Shown one piece after another: positions 1 through 13,377 of a stretch of DNA of 64,000 nt (position 1 is its first letter; each line of letters opens with the position of its first letter). Below the pieces are notes generated by a model. That model did not search any database. It was not told where the DNA came from and was given only the letters and a program-made list of their open reading frames with translations. The stretch is from Kudoa neothunni (taxonomy: Eukaryota; Animalia; Cnidaria), in assembly GCA_964304625.1 (NCBI GenBank), contig OZ199840.1, positions 9,532,882 to 9,596,881 of the forward strand. Reading direction: 5' to 3'. A program made the translations under genes and the position numbers.

Positions 1-1969
1 TTGTAATTCATTTCTTTTAGCGAATTTAGTTCGTTGCCATTATTCACTTGGAGATTAGAATACGTTTATAGTTTATTAGTGTGTTTATAATGTAAAGCGT
101 ATTTTAATAAAATTGGATATTACTATCTATTCGTAGATAAATTAAATATTAAATAAAATCGTTTTTTGTCGCAAAATGAAAATTGGAGGAGAAAATTAAA
201 TAAATGAATTGATAAAATATAAAATAAGAACTATAACATTAATTTAAATCGTTATCTATTATACAGAATAGAAATGCAACATTAATATAATTATAGATTT
301 TTAAGCGAAATTAATTTAATTTTGATAATTATATTTAAGCTGAAAATCATCAAGGCGTGACAAAGTTAATAAAATAACTATTTGAAGCATTAAATTTTAG
401 TTAGTACAATGATTAATTCATTGAATAAATTAAAAACTGTTTAGAACATTCACTGAGTTTTTCTTAAATACCCCAAAAACCCTATGAAAACAAAAATAAG
501 TAATTATTACTTATTTTTGTTTTCCTGATTTTATATTAATTGAAACGGATGCGTTCTAATAGATTTATTCTTCAAATTAAAGTAAAATGTATAAAATACT
601 TCTAATGGATAGATTCCAGTGATTAATACCTCAAATAATTTTATGCAGTTATATATAAATAAATCAATCTGTGGTTATTACGACTATTCCATTTTTTCGT
701 ATCAATCATTCTGAGCTAAAAAATTTCGTTATTGCCTCCTTTGAAGGAGAGATCTAAAGAAAAAAATGTGTTTCTCGAGGACAGGAGAAGCTTTTCATCC
801 GTGAATTGTAAGAGTTTCTGATTTAGCTCTAAGGTTCAATATTTCGATCCGTATAATTCTTTATATAAATGTTTTTACAATTTATTTCTACTATTGAATA
901 CTTCAAGTTATTGTAGGTTTTAATTAAAACAATTTAAAAAATACATTAATAATAAGTCAGAACTTGTGCAAATTTTTTTGAAGTTAAATGTCGGAGATAT
1001 AATACTCTTTTTTTAGAGATTTGCTAAATGAAAACAAATATCACTATAAAATCTATTAAATAATATAAGAACATCAATGATTTATCGAATAATTTTGCTA
1101 TATTTAGAGATTGTTTTTTAGGAGCTAAATTTAAAATAATTTTTTCTATTGAATCAATGGTTATATTGTATTATTTTAACGATGGTTCTTATATTTATTC
1201 AACAAATATTAAATTTTATGTAATTTAAATTTATAATAAAAATAATTAATCTCTACAAAAAGTTAAATCATCATATAAAAACCTTTGAAAACAATTGGAT
1301 TAAAAATTAGTGAATTTTAAGAAAACTTATATTTTGATATCTAACATGTAATATCATCAGCTAATTGAAAACGCTACATTTATTCTTAGGATGCTTGGTA
1401 TTTAACCAAAACTTTATTCTAAAGTAATATTCGAATAATTGATGATAAAAACAAAAAATTAATTAATTACAATTTAACACCATTCATTGATAATGTTTCT
1501 CCAAGGTTGATATATCATACTTCATTTTTGTCACTACACATAATGCACCTCCCCCGATATATAATGAACACAGATAAATTTATACCATGAATAAATAAAA
1601 TTTTGTTTAAAAATGATAGAACTCCCAATAAATTTTGATCTAGACTGCTCTTAAAGTTTATTATTAATATGACATGACATTTGCAGAGTATGAAACAAAT
1701 TATACAAAAATGCGAGATGTAAGGGTAGTGATTATAAATCAATAATATAAACATGAGGAAAAATAATATTTTTGTATAATCATGTGTGCCCATAGTATCG
1801 TGGTATTTGAATATGCTAATAGCATTAGGAATTTTATCAACCATTCATTATGGCAAAAATCCGTATAACTTTAATGCATTTCGGCTTATAAATATAATCC
1901 AATTCGTCTCCATTCATATATTATAATTATCGATAGAAACCTGTCACACTCGTTGTACCAGAAAAAAAA

Positions 1970-3352
1970 ATGTTACAATATGTTTATATTATTTTAGGGA
2001 TTTTTACAGTTATCACTAAATGTGGTGAGCTTATCTAACTAAACAACAATTTTTGTGTAAATTCTTACATTTAGAGCTAGCTTTGGACAATTACGATTAT
2101 CACCCTAGCACTGGGAACTATTCATTTGTTAGATATCATATCGACAAGAAGTCACTGGTTTGCGTCAAGCATATTTTTAAGGGTGTATCTCCTAATTTCA
2201 ACAGTTTCCCTACATTGGAAGGTTGTGAAAAACACTGTAAATGCTCTTTTTTGTTTTTATCGCATTTTGAACGGTTGATTATGCCAAAAATTAATCCTGT
2301 ATCATATTCCTAGTGAGATTCACTCCAAAAGAACAACTTGAATCTTGCCACAAACCGAAACAAGCAGGCAGTTGTGAGGGATCATTATCAAGATGGTACT
2401 TTGATCAACAACAAAATAAATGCATCAAATTTATCTACACTGGATGTGGAGGGAATGGAAATGTTTTTGAAAGCTTCGAGGATTGTGAGAACGCTTGTAA
2501 TTGATATTTATTGTTAAACATCATCATATAATATAGTTTTCTATTAATTTCTCTCTATATACACGTATAAATGTATTTATATTAATCTCATAAAATGATT
2601 AAGATTACGAAATATAAAATTTTATATTTTTAAACATATTTTTTATTTTGAATCTATTAAAAAGTCACATTCTCAATTATTTATTTTAGGTAAACCAACA
2701 AATACTCCAAATAATTTTGACTGTAAAGTTGAACCATTCATTGGTGACAAAAATATTTCAATAGCGATTGTGGCTGATGTTAAAAACAGTCGCTGCATAA
2801 GCGCTTCAGTTGGTAGCAAAACTACCAGAGGAACTTTCCGCAGTGTTAGCGAATGCGTTGGTCGCTGTATACGTATTTTCCAGCCTCATTTTCTTAATAT
2901 ATTGTATTATTTTAGCAACTGATTTACGGGTTAAAGCTTGTAGATCTAAGCCCTATCAACCTAAGGCTGGTGACACTGAAAATAAGGAGATAACTCTTAG
3001 ATACTATTTCAATCAGGGAAATCAAATGTGTGAACCATTTTATTCAAGCCAAAAAACATTCGACCCGTTAGAAAATAATTTTCCTTCATTAATTCTATGC
3101 CAATCATATTGTGGAGGTAAATGATACGGATTTTTATCGATTTTAAAGTATTTGGTCATAGGGGATGATTTTTACAAAAATACGCCAATTAAAAATATCT
3201 GCGACCTTCCATTAAAAAATGGTACGGGCGAATTATCTCTCGTTAGATACTACTTTGATGGGAAAAAATGCACATCGTTTAACTATGGCGGAATTGGAGG
3301 AAATGAGAATAATTTCGAGTTCAGAGATTTATGCTCCGTTGTTTGCAAATAG
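1970..3352 (+). CDS. Secreted protein with five tandem Kunitz/BPTI domains (6 exons: 1970-2024, 2075-2236, 2314-2496, 2690-2872, 2916-3116, 3162-3352)
   Basis: Signal peptide MLQYVYIILGIFTVITKC. Five phase-1 GT-AG introns join the ORF-track fragments into one frame. Domain 2 is a canonical Kunitz (CHKPKQAGSCEGSLSRWYFDQQQNKCIKFIYTGCGGNGNVFESFEDCENAC); the others are degenerate (e.g. CDLPLKNG..RYYFDGKKCTSFNYGGIGGNENNF..C..VC). TATAAA near 1888. Confidence 0.88.
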
Positions 3353-4241
3353 AAAAATTGGACAAATTTTAATATACTCCATGTTTATCTTAGAATTGTT
3401 TTTTGATATAATATAGAATCTATTTTGTTGATAAAAATGACATTTTTTAGATTAAAAAATATTTTATTTATTGAAAAAGGGATTACGTGTATGTTTCATA
3501 ATCAAAAATAATAAAAGCCATTCTCGCTTTAAATAAAAAAGCCTCTTCTACTGAAACTGTTAACAATAACAATCCCATATTGATTAAATCTCACTTAAAT
3601 CTAATAATCAATATATTTTCCTTTGTTCAATTAGCATTGCGATAGGAATAATTTCATCTTATTAAACAATATAATCCATCGAAAGCATTGACGCAAAATT
3701 TTTTATGTTATACCTTGTAGATTAATTATGAGTTTGCTTTTTCAAATTGTCTTATAAATCCAGTATATTTATAAAATAAACATTTTTGGTTAGATATTAA
3801 TCTAATTAAATCTTATATTTACTTATATATTTGTTTTATCGACTTGCTGAGTTATCAACTGGCTTATATTGAAGTCAAAAATAATTTTAATCGTAAAAAT
3901 ATATCACCATAATTCTATTCTGATTTTCCTACCACTTCCCAATGATAAGTATTCTCTGAAATGAGAACAGCCTTAAAATACTAATACCTTAACGCTCAAG
4001 AGAAAAAACGTAATAGATGTCATTAAAATACTAATGAATATTAATAAATATATATAAAATTTATGAAAGTAAAATAGTTTGAATTCAAAACAAAATTATT
4101 TTTTAATAAAATATAATATTTAAGGTATACTTCAATAATAATTGTTATGTGGTAATAGCTATAGTCAACCCTATGATATTTTAAACTAACTACATCAGTT
4201 TCAAGTTACAGAAGTGTCTAATCTAGGCCATAACAAGAATT

Positions 4242-4869
4242 TTAGGGAATAGCTTTATCAGATCCACCTGGTTTCGATGAACTTATCTTATTATTGGAGA
4301 TTTTTGACGAGCGGCCTCTCATAACACACTTTATACGATAATCTTTTCCAGTGGAAAAATTGTTCATATTGTCACCATTTCCAGAATAGACGAATCCGAC
4401 ACATTTCCACTACGTTGAATCGAAGTAAAATCGTTTGATGCGATCTGATTCAATTCCGATCTCATGCGGTAAATGACAAGCACCAGGAAATTTGTTACGT
4501 TCATGACAGGGTTTTTCGGTGGAGTTTCTACGAATAGATTGACATAAAACTACTAAATAAAATATGAGGTTAAAATCATACGCCCAGAACAAGATTTTTC
4601 GCGATCTTCCTGAGTTGCGAAATTGTTCTCATTTCAATCACAACCATTATAGATGAGTTCTTCGCACTTCCTTTAATCCTTATCGTAATAATATGGCATT
4701 TCAAATTCGTCACAATTTCCTGCATCCGATGGTTGGAAACATTTATCCTCACTCTCTATATTAATTAACCAATTACTTAAAACTTTCTATCTTCGATATT
4801 ACCTTGAGCAGAGAAGGAAAATACATTAACGAACAAGGTTATAACAATAGCAACTTTGAGTGTATTCAT
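4242..4869 (-). pseudogene. Two-domain Kunitz pseudogene, convergent with the intact Kunitz gene
   Basis: Signal peptide MNTLKVAIVITLFVNVFSFSAQ. Domain 1 reads KCFQPSDAGNCDEFEMPYYYDKD*RKCEELIYNGCD*NENNFATQEDREKSC; domain 2 reads ACHLPHEIG..RFYFDST*WKCVGFVYSGNGDNMNNF. In-frame stops at 4673-75, 4634-36 and 4410-12. Confidence 0.82.
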
Positions 4870-5499
4870 ATTTCAGACGAAAATATGCATATACAATGTT
4901 TAATACAAGAATGTCCCCTACTATATTGTATCTTATAAGATTTAGCCAAATAAAGTTTGATCGATTATCAGACCCACCTACCATCATCTTCATGAAATGT
5001 GAATCTCAGTTTGAGTTTATGGTGAAGAATTCTTTTATGGTGCATAATGATTATTTTTAATAATTGAATGATTTTCGGTGCAGAATTTCTAACATATAGA
5101 TCAATTAATTAATCAATCAATCATAATAATATAAATTACTGTATTTAAGATTCTAAAAATCGTGAAATAATTGATTATAGTTATTAATCACAGTCTTAAG
5201 GTTCAAAAACTAAACTTACACTTAAAGCTATTAGAGATCTAAACAAAATAAAGACTTTTAAAATAAGATCGTTAAATCACTATTTATCTCCATATTTTAT
5301 TAATCTATTATTATTATATTCAACTTTCTTAAAAATCTAAATATTAATTGAACCTGATGAGAAAATATTTACAGTAGATCAGAATCGTACAGAGTAAGAT
5401 ATGGCGCGTTCACGCAATGTAAGAAAATAACCGATACAATCTTATAGATGAACAAAATATCTAAAATATTTCTAGTTTCCGATTGTATGTTTTGAATGT

Positions 5500-6800
5500 A
5501 ACTTCTAAACAAAAAGATACAATAATAGGAGCTCTAATTCAACCATCTCTTCCAATTGTTCCATTTTTGTTTCTGTCTTATCGTTACGAATTTTCGTACT
5601 TGGATCACAGAGCTGGTACTCAATTTCCTGTGCAATCAAACTTTGTTGTTCTGTTAGATCTGTAATGAATGTGATTAATTCTGAATATAATTGGTCAAAG
5701 GGCGGGAAAATGGAGATATAATATTTCTGCGTCGTTCAATTTAAGTTGTGTATGGTTAATCATGCTCCGAAAAGCATTCCATGATCCAATGTGATGCTTA
5801 CATTTTATGATAAAGTTCTTTTCGAATTATATGAAGAATAATTTGACACTAGGATCTTAAATTTTTCAATATCAATATACATTTTTTTGAATTTATCCTC
5901 AACAAAGTCTTTAAATACAAATGCGAGTGACGTAACCCACTTAAGAAGAACTTTAAAATCTACATCGCTTTGGTATTCTTTTGAAAGACCAAGTTTTTGA
6001 ATATTTCGGTAAATGCATTGTCTGAAATAACAGAACAGAATCGCTCATCATGTTTTAATGCTTGTTTAAAAACATTATATGCTGTTATTTCAAAATCGAT
6101 ATTCATTTTTTTTTGTTAATATTATATTACTCTTTTCTTTGATTATTTCAATAACCTTAGTGTAATTTTTCTCGGGCTTAACAGACATCAAAACGAGTGT
6201 TTATGAGAAAAACTGGTTGAATACATCGCCATGAATGGAGTATAGCCGAAAAAAGCTTAAAGAAAATCTTAAACGTTCCATCCTTAATCCAAAAAGCTGA
6301 ATTTTTGATCTGAGAAATATTACAAACGGTAGGAAAAATGACTATTCTGATGTTATTATTATCAGAACATGAATCGAACAAACTAAAGAATTCATTTCTT
6401 AGAATCTTGGTATCATTACAAAGATACGTGGCTGTATTAATTTGAATATTATTTCTCTTTCTTAAATTTTTTAATGTTTGTATATACAACGGGTGTCGAA
6501 ATAATCAGAAATTCATTTTTTTTTGTTCGATACGTAATGTTTCCACAGAGAGATTTTATTTTATTATGAAAAAATATTTTATTCTATCATCTATGATGTG
6601 ACCTGGTTGAAAAATCCAGTCTTTTAAATATTTTTTATATTAAATATCCTTAACCTTTCTCTACATTGTTTAATTTGACATATCCAGCATTGAATTTCAT
6701 TTTTTAATAATCCTTAAAAGAGAAAAAATTGTCACACTGCATTATATCAGTATGCATTGTGATTTTTAGCATAACAATACCTTTATTATAATTCCACATC
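5500..6800 (-). mobile_element. Decayed MULE (Mutator-like) transposase with FLYWCH-like N-terminus
   Basis: Fragments FWIKDGTFK, DFE and QCIYRNIQKLGLSKEY, plus N-terminal CWICQIKQC. Many frameshifts and stops; boundaries approximate. Confidence 0.72.
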
Positions 6801-8999
6801 CAATTTTGAGCAGATATTATGTAAATAATTTTTGTGTCAGTGCGCATGCGCGGCACACCCTCTTACAAACTTCCCATATTTTCTTCTTCTAATGGTCTAT
6901 ATTGAATTGCAGAAAAAAATATTTAATTTTTTCCGAGTTTTATTATCTAAAGATATATTTTGATTGAAATCATAAATTTAACTTTTTCATAGTATCTAAA
7001 TAGTCAAACTCATTCGATTAATATATTTATAATTAATTGGCTTTTCAAAAAAGTAAATAATACAACAACTAAAACATAACACGATAAATTCTTTCACAAT
7101 GATAGATTTTTGAAAAACTTTAGTAAGCGATATTTTTTTAAAATACTTTATACAATTCTAAACTATCGGTTTTACTTTTCACAAAATTTTAAAAATTAGT
7201 ATAAGATTAATAATATCAAAAAATGCCTTATTATTTCTGAAATGTTAAATTTACAAGGAAAATAACACAAAACCATTCTGAGTATTATAAATTATAATGT
7301 ACGCGCGCCGATTGAAGCCGAACGAGTATATTGATAAAAATTAAAGAACAGAATTATGCACCTATATTTTAACTAAAAAGTTTTAAAATAATAAACAATT
7401 GATTTTAAATAAAATCGGGACAGTCTAATTTGCTTAAGGAGGAAAAATGGAGCATACAAAAACTACCATTAGCGAAATTGAATAAACAATTATATTCTAA
7501 GGTTAATGTCTTAGAGAAATATGAACTAACAAAAAGTTTTGACCCATAATATTTTTATCATCGTCTCGAACCATAGTAATAATTCTCAACCCTAATTGTT
7601 ACATTAGTGAAATGCTGTAGGAGAAAATGACAAGGATACCTTCACGTATCGAGTGGGTTGAGATATTTGCGAAAAAAAGAACAACTTGATCATCTTCCGT
7701 ACAAATCTCAACTCTCAAGTTAGAAATGATGTTTTTCATCACCAAGAAAGAAGCGCTATTTGTAAGAAACTCAAATTTTCCAATCCGATAATTTTTTAGC
7801 CCTTCAAATAATTGAATAATCAAATAATCAACTTATATGTCAAACCCCAAATTTTATACATTCAATTTTTAAAGATAAATCTTGAATAATGGCAAATCGA
7901 TTAGGCGTTATATGGAAGAGTTTTATTTTGTTAGGTTGTTGGAATAGGGTCTCATTTATTAGCCTTAAAGCAATTAACTAAAACGATTTTGAGTTGTAGC
8001 ATATTTGCAAAGTTAATTTAAACCCACCTTCATTGTAAACCATGTATTTCGACTAAGACTGCAGCATTTTTGAAGGAGGTAACCACAACTATTTATCGAT
8101 AAATCCAATTTGATAAAAAATTGTACTTTCCATTTAACTCGAAGAATTTTGAGCACAACTGAACTGCTGATCCTACAGATTTATAACACTACAGAGTGTT
8201 ATTTATTAAAAAATACTAGAAAACTTCCTATCTTCCGATACAATTTGAATGGAATTATTCCAGAATCGAAGTAGATTCGTTGGAAAAATAGAAGCAGCAG
8301 TTTGAGGATTGGTTAGTCTTCTGGCTGAATGAGAAACAATCAGGCAATTTTCGGTGAACTTTTTCAGTGATAGTTTGGTTGGTTCATAGTCAATCAGTTG
8401 AAGAAGAGCTTCATGTGCAGCAGTAAAAAAGTCTAAAATAATCTTTCAGATAAACCAATACATTGTTTTTTGACTGATCGATCATGGTATTGAATGATTG
8501 GTACACATGAAAAACAATTCTATATATTTTATAATAAATCAAAATGTTCCTTTTATTTAAAAACCATCTTATATTTTTTTGTTTCGACGTTAATGAGTAT
8601 CTAAATACGCGGTAATTTGAATTTCTAATAATTTAACTTAATAAAGTTTTAAAACTATATTTATAATTAATTTAATTTAAATAAACAAATTTCTGTTGTG
8701 TTTATGACAATTTCTTAATAAAATAATAATTTTTCTTTTAAAAATATTTACAAATAAATAAAATGATTATAGATTATTTTATTATTAAATATCTAACTCT
8801 TAAAAGTTACTTTCCACTCTGAGACCAGCTAATTCGACCCTAAGTGTATAAAATACTTACAATTATTTGAATTATTCTAAAACTTTATGAAAATGTAGAT
8901 CTTTTCTATATTTACAAAAAATTATCAACTCGATTGGATCGATTTAATTTATCTTATAATTGTACTAATATTTATTTATAATTTCCTGATCAGTAGTCT

Positions 9000-11900
9000 G
9001 GTGGATATTGCTGTAAAATGCCAACTGACACACCACGTATATGCCCACCTATAGAATATACTTTGATACGGAATAGAAATGCTATCTAGTGTATAGTCCA
9101 ATAGACAAGGTATTGATTGAGAGGAACCAGAGCAACTATTTTTATGCTGATTATCGTTTTCGTTTCTTAGGTGGGTTGCAAACTGGTTATTGTCGTTGGT
9201 CTATATAGGAAGTGTAAAAAAATATGTCCTTTATTTCTAAGGAATTTTTTGAATATTCAGATTAACTAAAAGAATAAAACCATTAAAATAATAGTTAATT
9301 GAATGCTATATTAACATCGAAATTTATCTAAAAATGACACAACGAGAGGGATATAAAAGGAAATGGATTTAGGTGATACATGAGGGGTTGAAACCAAGAA
9401 ATCGAAATCCAATATTCCACCATTCAATTTTACAGCAGAGTTTAGCACTTTTAGGGGTAATCAATTTATGTGTACCTCAACATACATTACATTGCTTAAT
9501 GTTTGAATGAACAACCAAATGGTGGCTCAATTGATAGAACTCCATTTTGTATAAGGGTTTTTCATATTTCTTTAGAATTCTCATGGAGAAATATTTGTAG
9601 TAGTGATTAATTAAGCAATCTAAGGTGGAGAAGCGTAGAAGGTATTTGGGTTTGAGTTGATAGAGCGCTAAACCGTCCCCATTAAATGTTTGATGAACCG
9701 AAAAAGTTTTCAACTTTTCCCCTATTCTAAATTGTTTTTTAAATAACATAATAAACGTTTTAATATGACGATCACTTTAAAAACAATAGGACAGTCCTAT
9801 AGTCGCCATTCATCAAAATTTCTTCATCCTCCTCGATATGTTCTCCATACACGGTAAAAACACACTCAAGTTGGGATTGTTTTAAAAGACAAATCAGTTC
9901 ATTGCTAAGGTTATTCAAACTCATAATTCCAATCATATCAATTCACATTCCATTATTTTGATAGAAAACAGATTCGTCATATTTGTTTTTGATTGCCACC
10001 GTTCCATCCGAGCAAACTTCCAATGAAATAGGGACCAATTCCTATGATTTGTCGTTGAATATTACAACCATTATTTAATATATTTCAGAGTGTAGTTACT
10101 TTTTCGTTAACTTTTAAGTACATTTCATCCAACAATTCTAATTTAATATTAAATTAAAATATATTATCCTTTATCTCTTCAATGGTTGAGATATTTGGAA
10201 GAAAGCTTGTGTACACACCAATAATGGTTATTTTGTATTTTGATATTATTAACTATGCCACGAAAATACATTTGAATCTTATTTTGTATATTACAGGAAG
10301 GTTATTTCCCAATAATTCAATCAACTGTGAAGTTTTCTTAAAATATTATAATCTGCCAAGATTCGTGACTTATTGCAAATTATATAATTAAATCAATAGA
10401 ATTTTATTTGTTATTTTTTACATATTTAATAATTATCTAATAATTAAATATTTAGATTGTTTGAGTGGATTCATTCACAATATTATCATACCATATTTAT
10501 GGGTAGTGGTTGTGAGGTTCTTATCGAATAATGATGATTTTATCTAATCTCCAAACATCACCATTAATTTTACATGTTGATAAAGTTTCTAAGTAAATAA
10601 TTACATAGATGAGAATCTTATTTTTTAGTCGATGGGGTGATTTGAATAAATGATTAACATCCAGGTATCCACTATGGTTGTTCAGTTGATTAATCGCAAA
10701 AAAAGATAAGGCTCTAATGGTTACCTTATCAATTTGCTTTTTAATTTTTGTTTTATCGTTCGAATAAGAATATTTGCATCTATATTATTGGATTTTATTT
10801 TTAGAAACATGATTACTGGGAATCTAAATCACATATTAAGTCCAATAAATAATTTAAGCATTACTTTGAATGGACAAACGAATACTTTGAGAAAACCTCC
10901 ATCAATCTATCTAATTCTAGATATTGAGAATTAGGGCATTCTGATGATCTAGGTTTGGTCATAATTTTGTTTTTTTTCGAGCACAAATAAACTAAATAGT
11001 TTGTATTTTATTTCGAACTATATTTTATTTTGATTTTACATTCGAAGTATCTATAACCCGCGGTTAATGATGATGCGACGTTATCAGTGGTAAAAGGTTC
11101 ACTATTTGGTCGAATAAAATTAGATTAAAATTTGTTTCGAATTTCTCACATGGAACTTTTCCCACGTATAAAATAATTAAACAGCGGTTGGGTCATATCA
11201 TGAGTTACAAAGAGTTTTGGGTGACAAATGATTCCATTAATTTCAGAAAATAGATTTTTCAGCTCCTTCATTACACCAAGAATTTATTTATCTCAATAAA
11301 TTATGTAATACTTTTCCAAATAACAATCTAAACCACATTAAATAAATATTCACCTCAATCTACGATTACTTGGATTGGCAAACGCGCTCAATATTTATTT
11401 CTAACTAATATCCACATCAATATATGTATATGTAAATTTTGGGGAATTTTTTACATTTTTTGTTTCGAAGAAACCTTTAAAAATATTTTTGATATTGTTG
11501 ACACAATCGGAAACATTTTCGCAATGTCTAATTATAAGAAAATTATTTCAATTTTCTGTCAACAAGAACTTTTCATCGTGTAATATTCGGTGAATATATC
11601 TAATGAATAATTATAATTGAATAAAGTATTCAATTACACTAACGCTTTTTCAATCGCCGGTATATTCGAAATATATTTTGTTATTTTGGTTAAGATGGTG
11701 TAGAGGGATTTTTGTTTGGATGGATTAAAATCTTCAATATTAATGAATTGAATAAAATTTTTATCAATAATTATGTCAGAGATACTATTTTAATTCCTTA
11801 CTTTTTAGAATAAGGATTTGTTTTGACTTTTTCACATCATACAACAGTGCTATGAAGGAATGATAGTTGTTGTTATCGTCAAAATTAACTTCTACATCAA

Positions 11901-12550
11901 CTAAAATTATATAACAAACTTAAAATATTATAATAAATTATAATACAACTATTTGAGTTGATGTTTTCACGTTGGTATTGATTTTTTTTAGTATTCTTGT
12001 ATTTATTTGGAAATCGGTTGAGAATTCGTGTCAGATTACTCAAAATTGTAGAACCGCTTGACACAAGACTACTGCTGTTGGTATTCGACTGCGAACTGCC
12101 GATATTCAACAGTTTTCTCCTGTGTAGCATCAAATTTTTGATACTGAATAAATCACCTATCCGCCCATTAAAGAATTATTTTTTTATATGGAAATAAAAA
12201 AATAAAATTACATTTTTCTTTTATATTGCAAGCTAGATTAGTGTCATTTATGTACCGCCACCTCAATTCTAAATTTAAAAGGTCTATTTCTAGGCAGATC
12301 TGTTGTAGATGTATCTGGTTGTGAGGCAGAGTGTACATATGATTCAGGTATTTTATTTTTCCAGTCTTGATTGCTCTTTGTGTTCCAGTTATATCTTGGA
12401 TGAATTCGATGTACTTTTGCATTTTCTTTACCCCGAACCAATGCGACTATGTCAGTCAAATTAAACAATTAAGTAAACTAGCTAATTATTTGACTAGCAG
12501 TTTTTATTGATCAAACTTCGTTTAATTAATAAAAATATTGCATACAATGA
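9000..12550 (-). pseudogene. Large unidentified multi-exon coding-like region, probably a decayed secreted or membrane-protein gene
   Basis: Spliceable minus-strand exon blocks (e.g. ..LACNIKEK|gt; GDLFSIKNLMLHRRKLL..; VDVEVNFDDNNNYHSF..) and a hydrophobic stretch with stops near 9270-9310. No family recognised. Confidence 0.35.
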
Positions 12551-13302
12551 AATATAATCATTTAAAATTTAATTTAATTACATATTTTATTAATAATATT
12601 AAATTAGATAAATTTTTATTTTCTCAAATAATTAACAAACCTCATATTAGTTTTAAGCTCATAGTTTTCTTATTATAGCCTGTGTTAAAAAGATAATAGA
12701 AGTATCAATGTAGTAATTGTATTTCCTCATGAAAAACATCATTTGAATATTTTTACTAGGTTGGAAATTGTTTGTAAATACTTATTAAATAATAAATATA
12801 AATCTCCCCCGCAACAGAATAGTTACAGATGTACTTATATAAAAAAGAAAATTAACATTATTTTTCGCAAAACTCAGTAATATTTAAGATATATTAATCC
12901 AAAATATCTAATGTGTACCTATATAACAGTTTCCTTAATTATTTTCTAAACAATTTATGTTATATTGCATGATTATTTTTGAAAAAATGGTAAAAATTAA
13001 TAATTTAATGTTTAAAGATATAAATTTTTTTTATCGTTATAAAAATTTCAAAAAATGAATTAACACTCTAATATAATTTAGACATAACACTTTTATCTAA
13101 GATGCATCCATCTATTAAATATATTTTCATCCATTTAGTTAATAATTAATTATTATATAATGTAGAAAGTTCTAATAACAAAATTTTCACTAACAATTAA
13201 AACAATAAAAATATCTTATGTTTACACAATAACATAATTTGTGTGTAAAAACAGCCGAAATAAAATTGTCAGTAGTGTCATTAAATTAAGATCCTGGGTA
13301 TG

Positions 13303-13310
13303 TATATAAA
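13303..13310 (+). promoter_or_regulatory. Candidate TATA box (TATATAAA)
   Basis: Lies about 70 nt upstream of ATG 13378 and is flanked by GC-richer sequence. Confidence 0.4.
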
Positions 13311-13377
13311 CCCTCGATGTTCGACCACTTCGTTTGATAATCTAATACTAAAATTGAATTGTTAGCCCCATTGTAAA

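Noticed and set aside
1515-1844. 109-aa minus-strand ORF and similar short AT-rich or antisense ORFs (e.g. 23839, 32329, 34638, 40547, 43004)
   Set aside because: Low-complexity I/F/L/K/N composition or shadows of real genes, with no motifs.
4410-4675. Stop-codon reassignment or selenocysteine in the Kunitz paralog
   Set aside because: All three stop types occur together with Cys loss, and intact genes here use standard stops with no internal ones.
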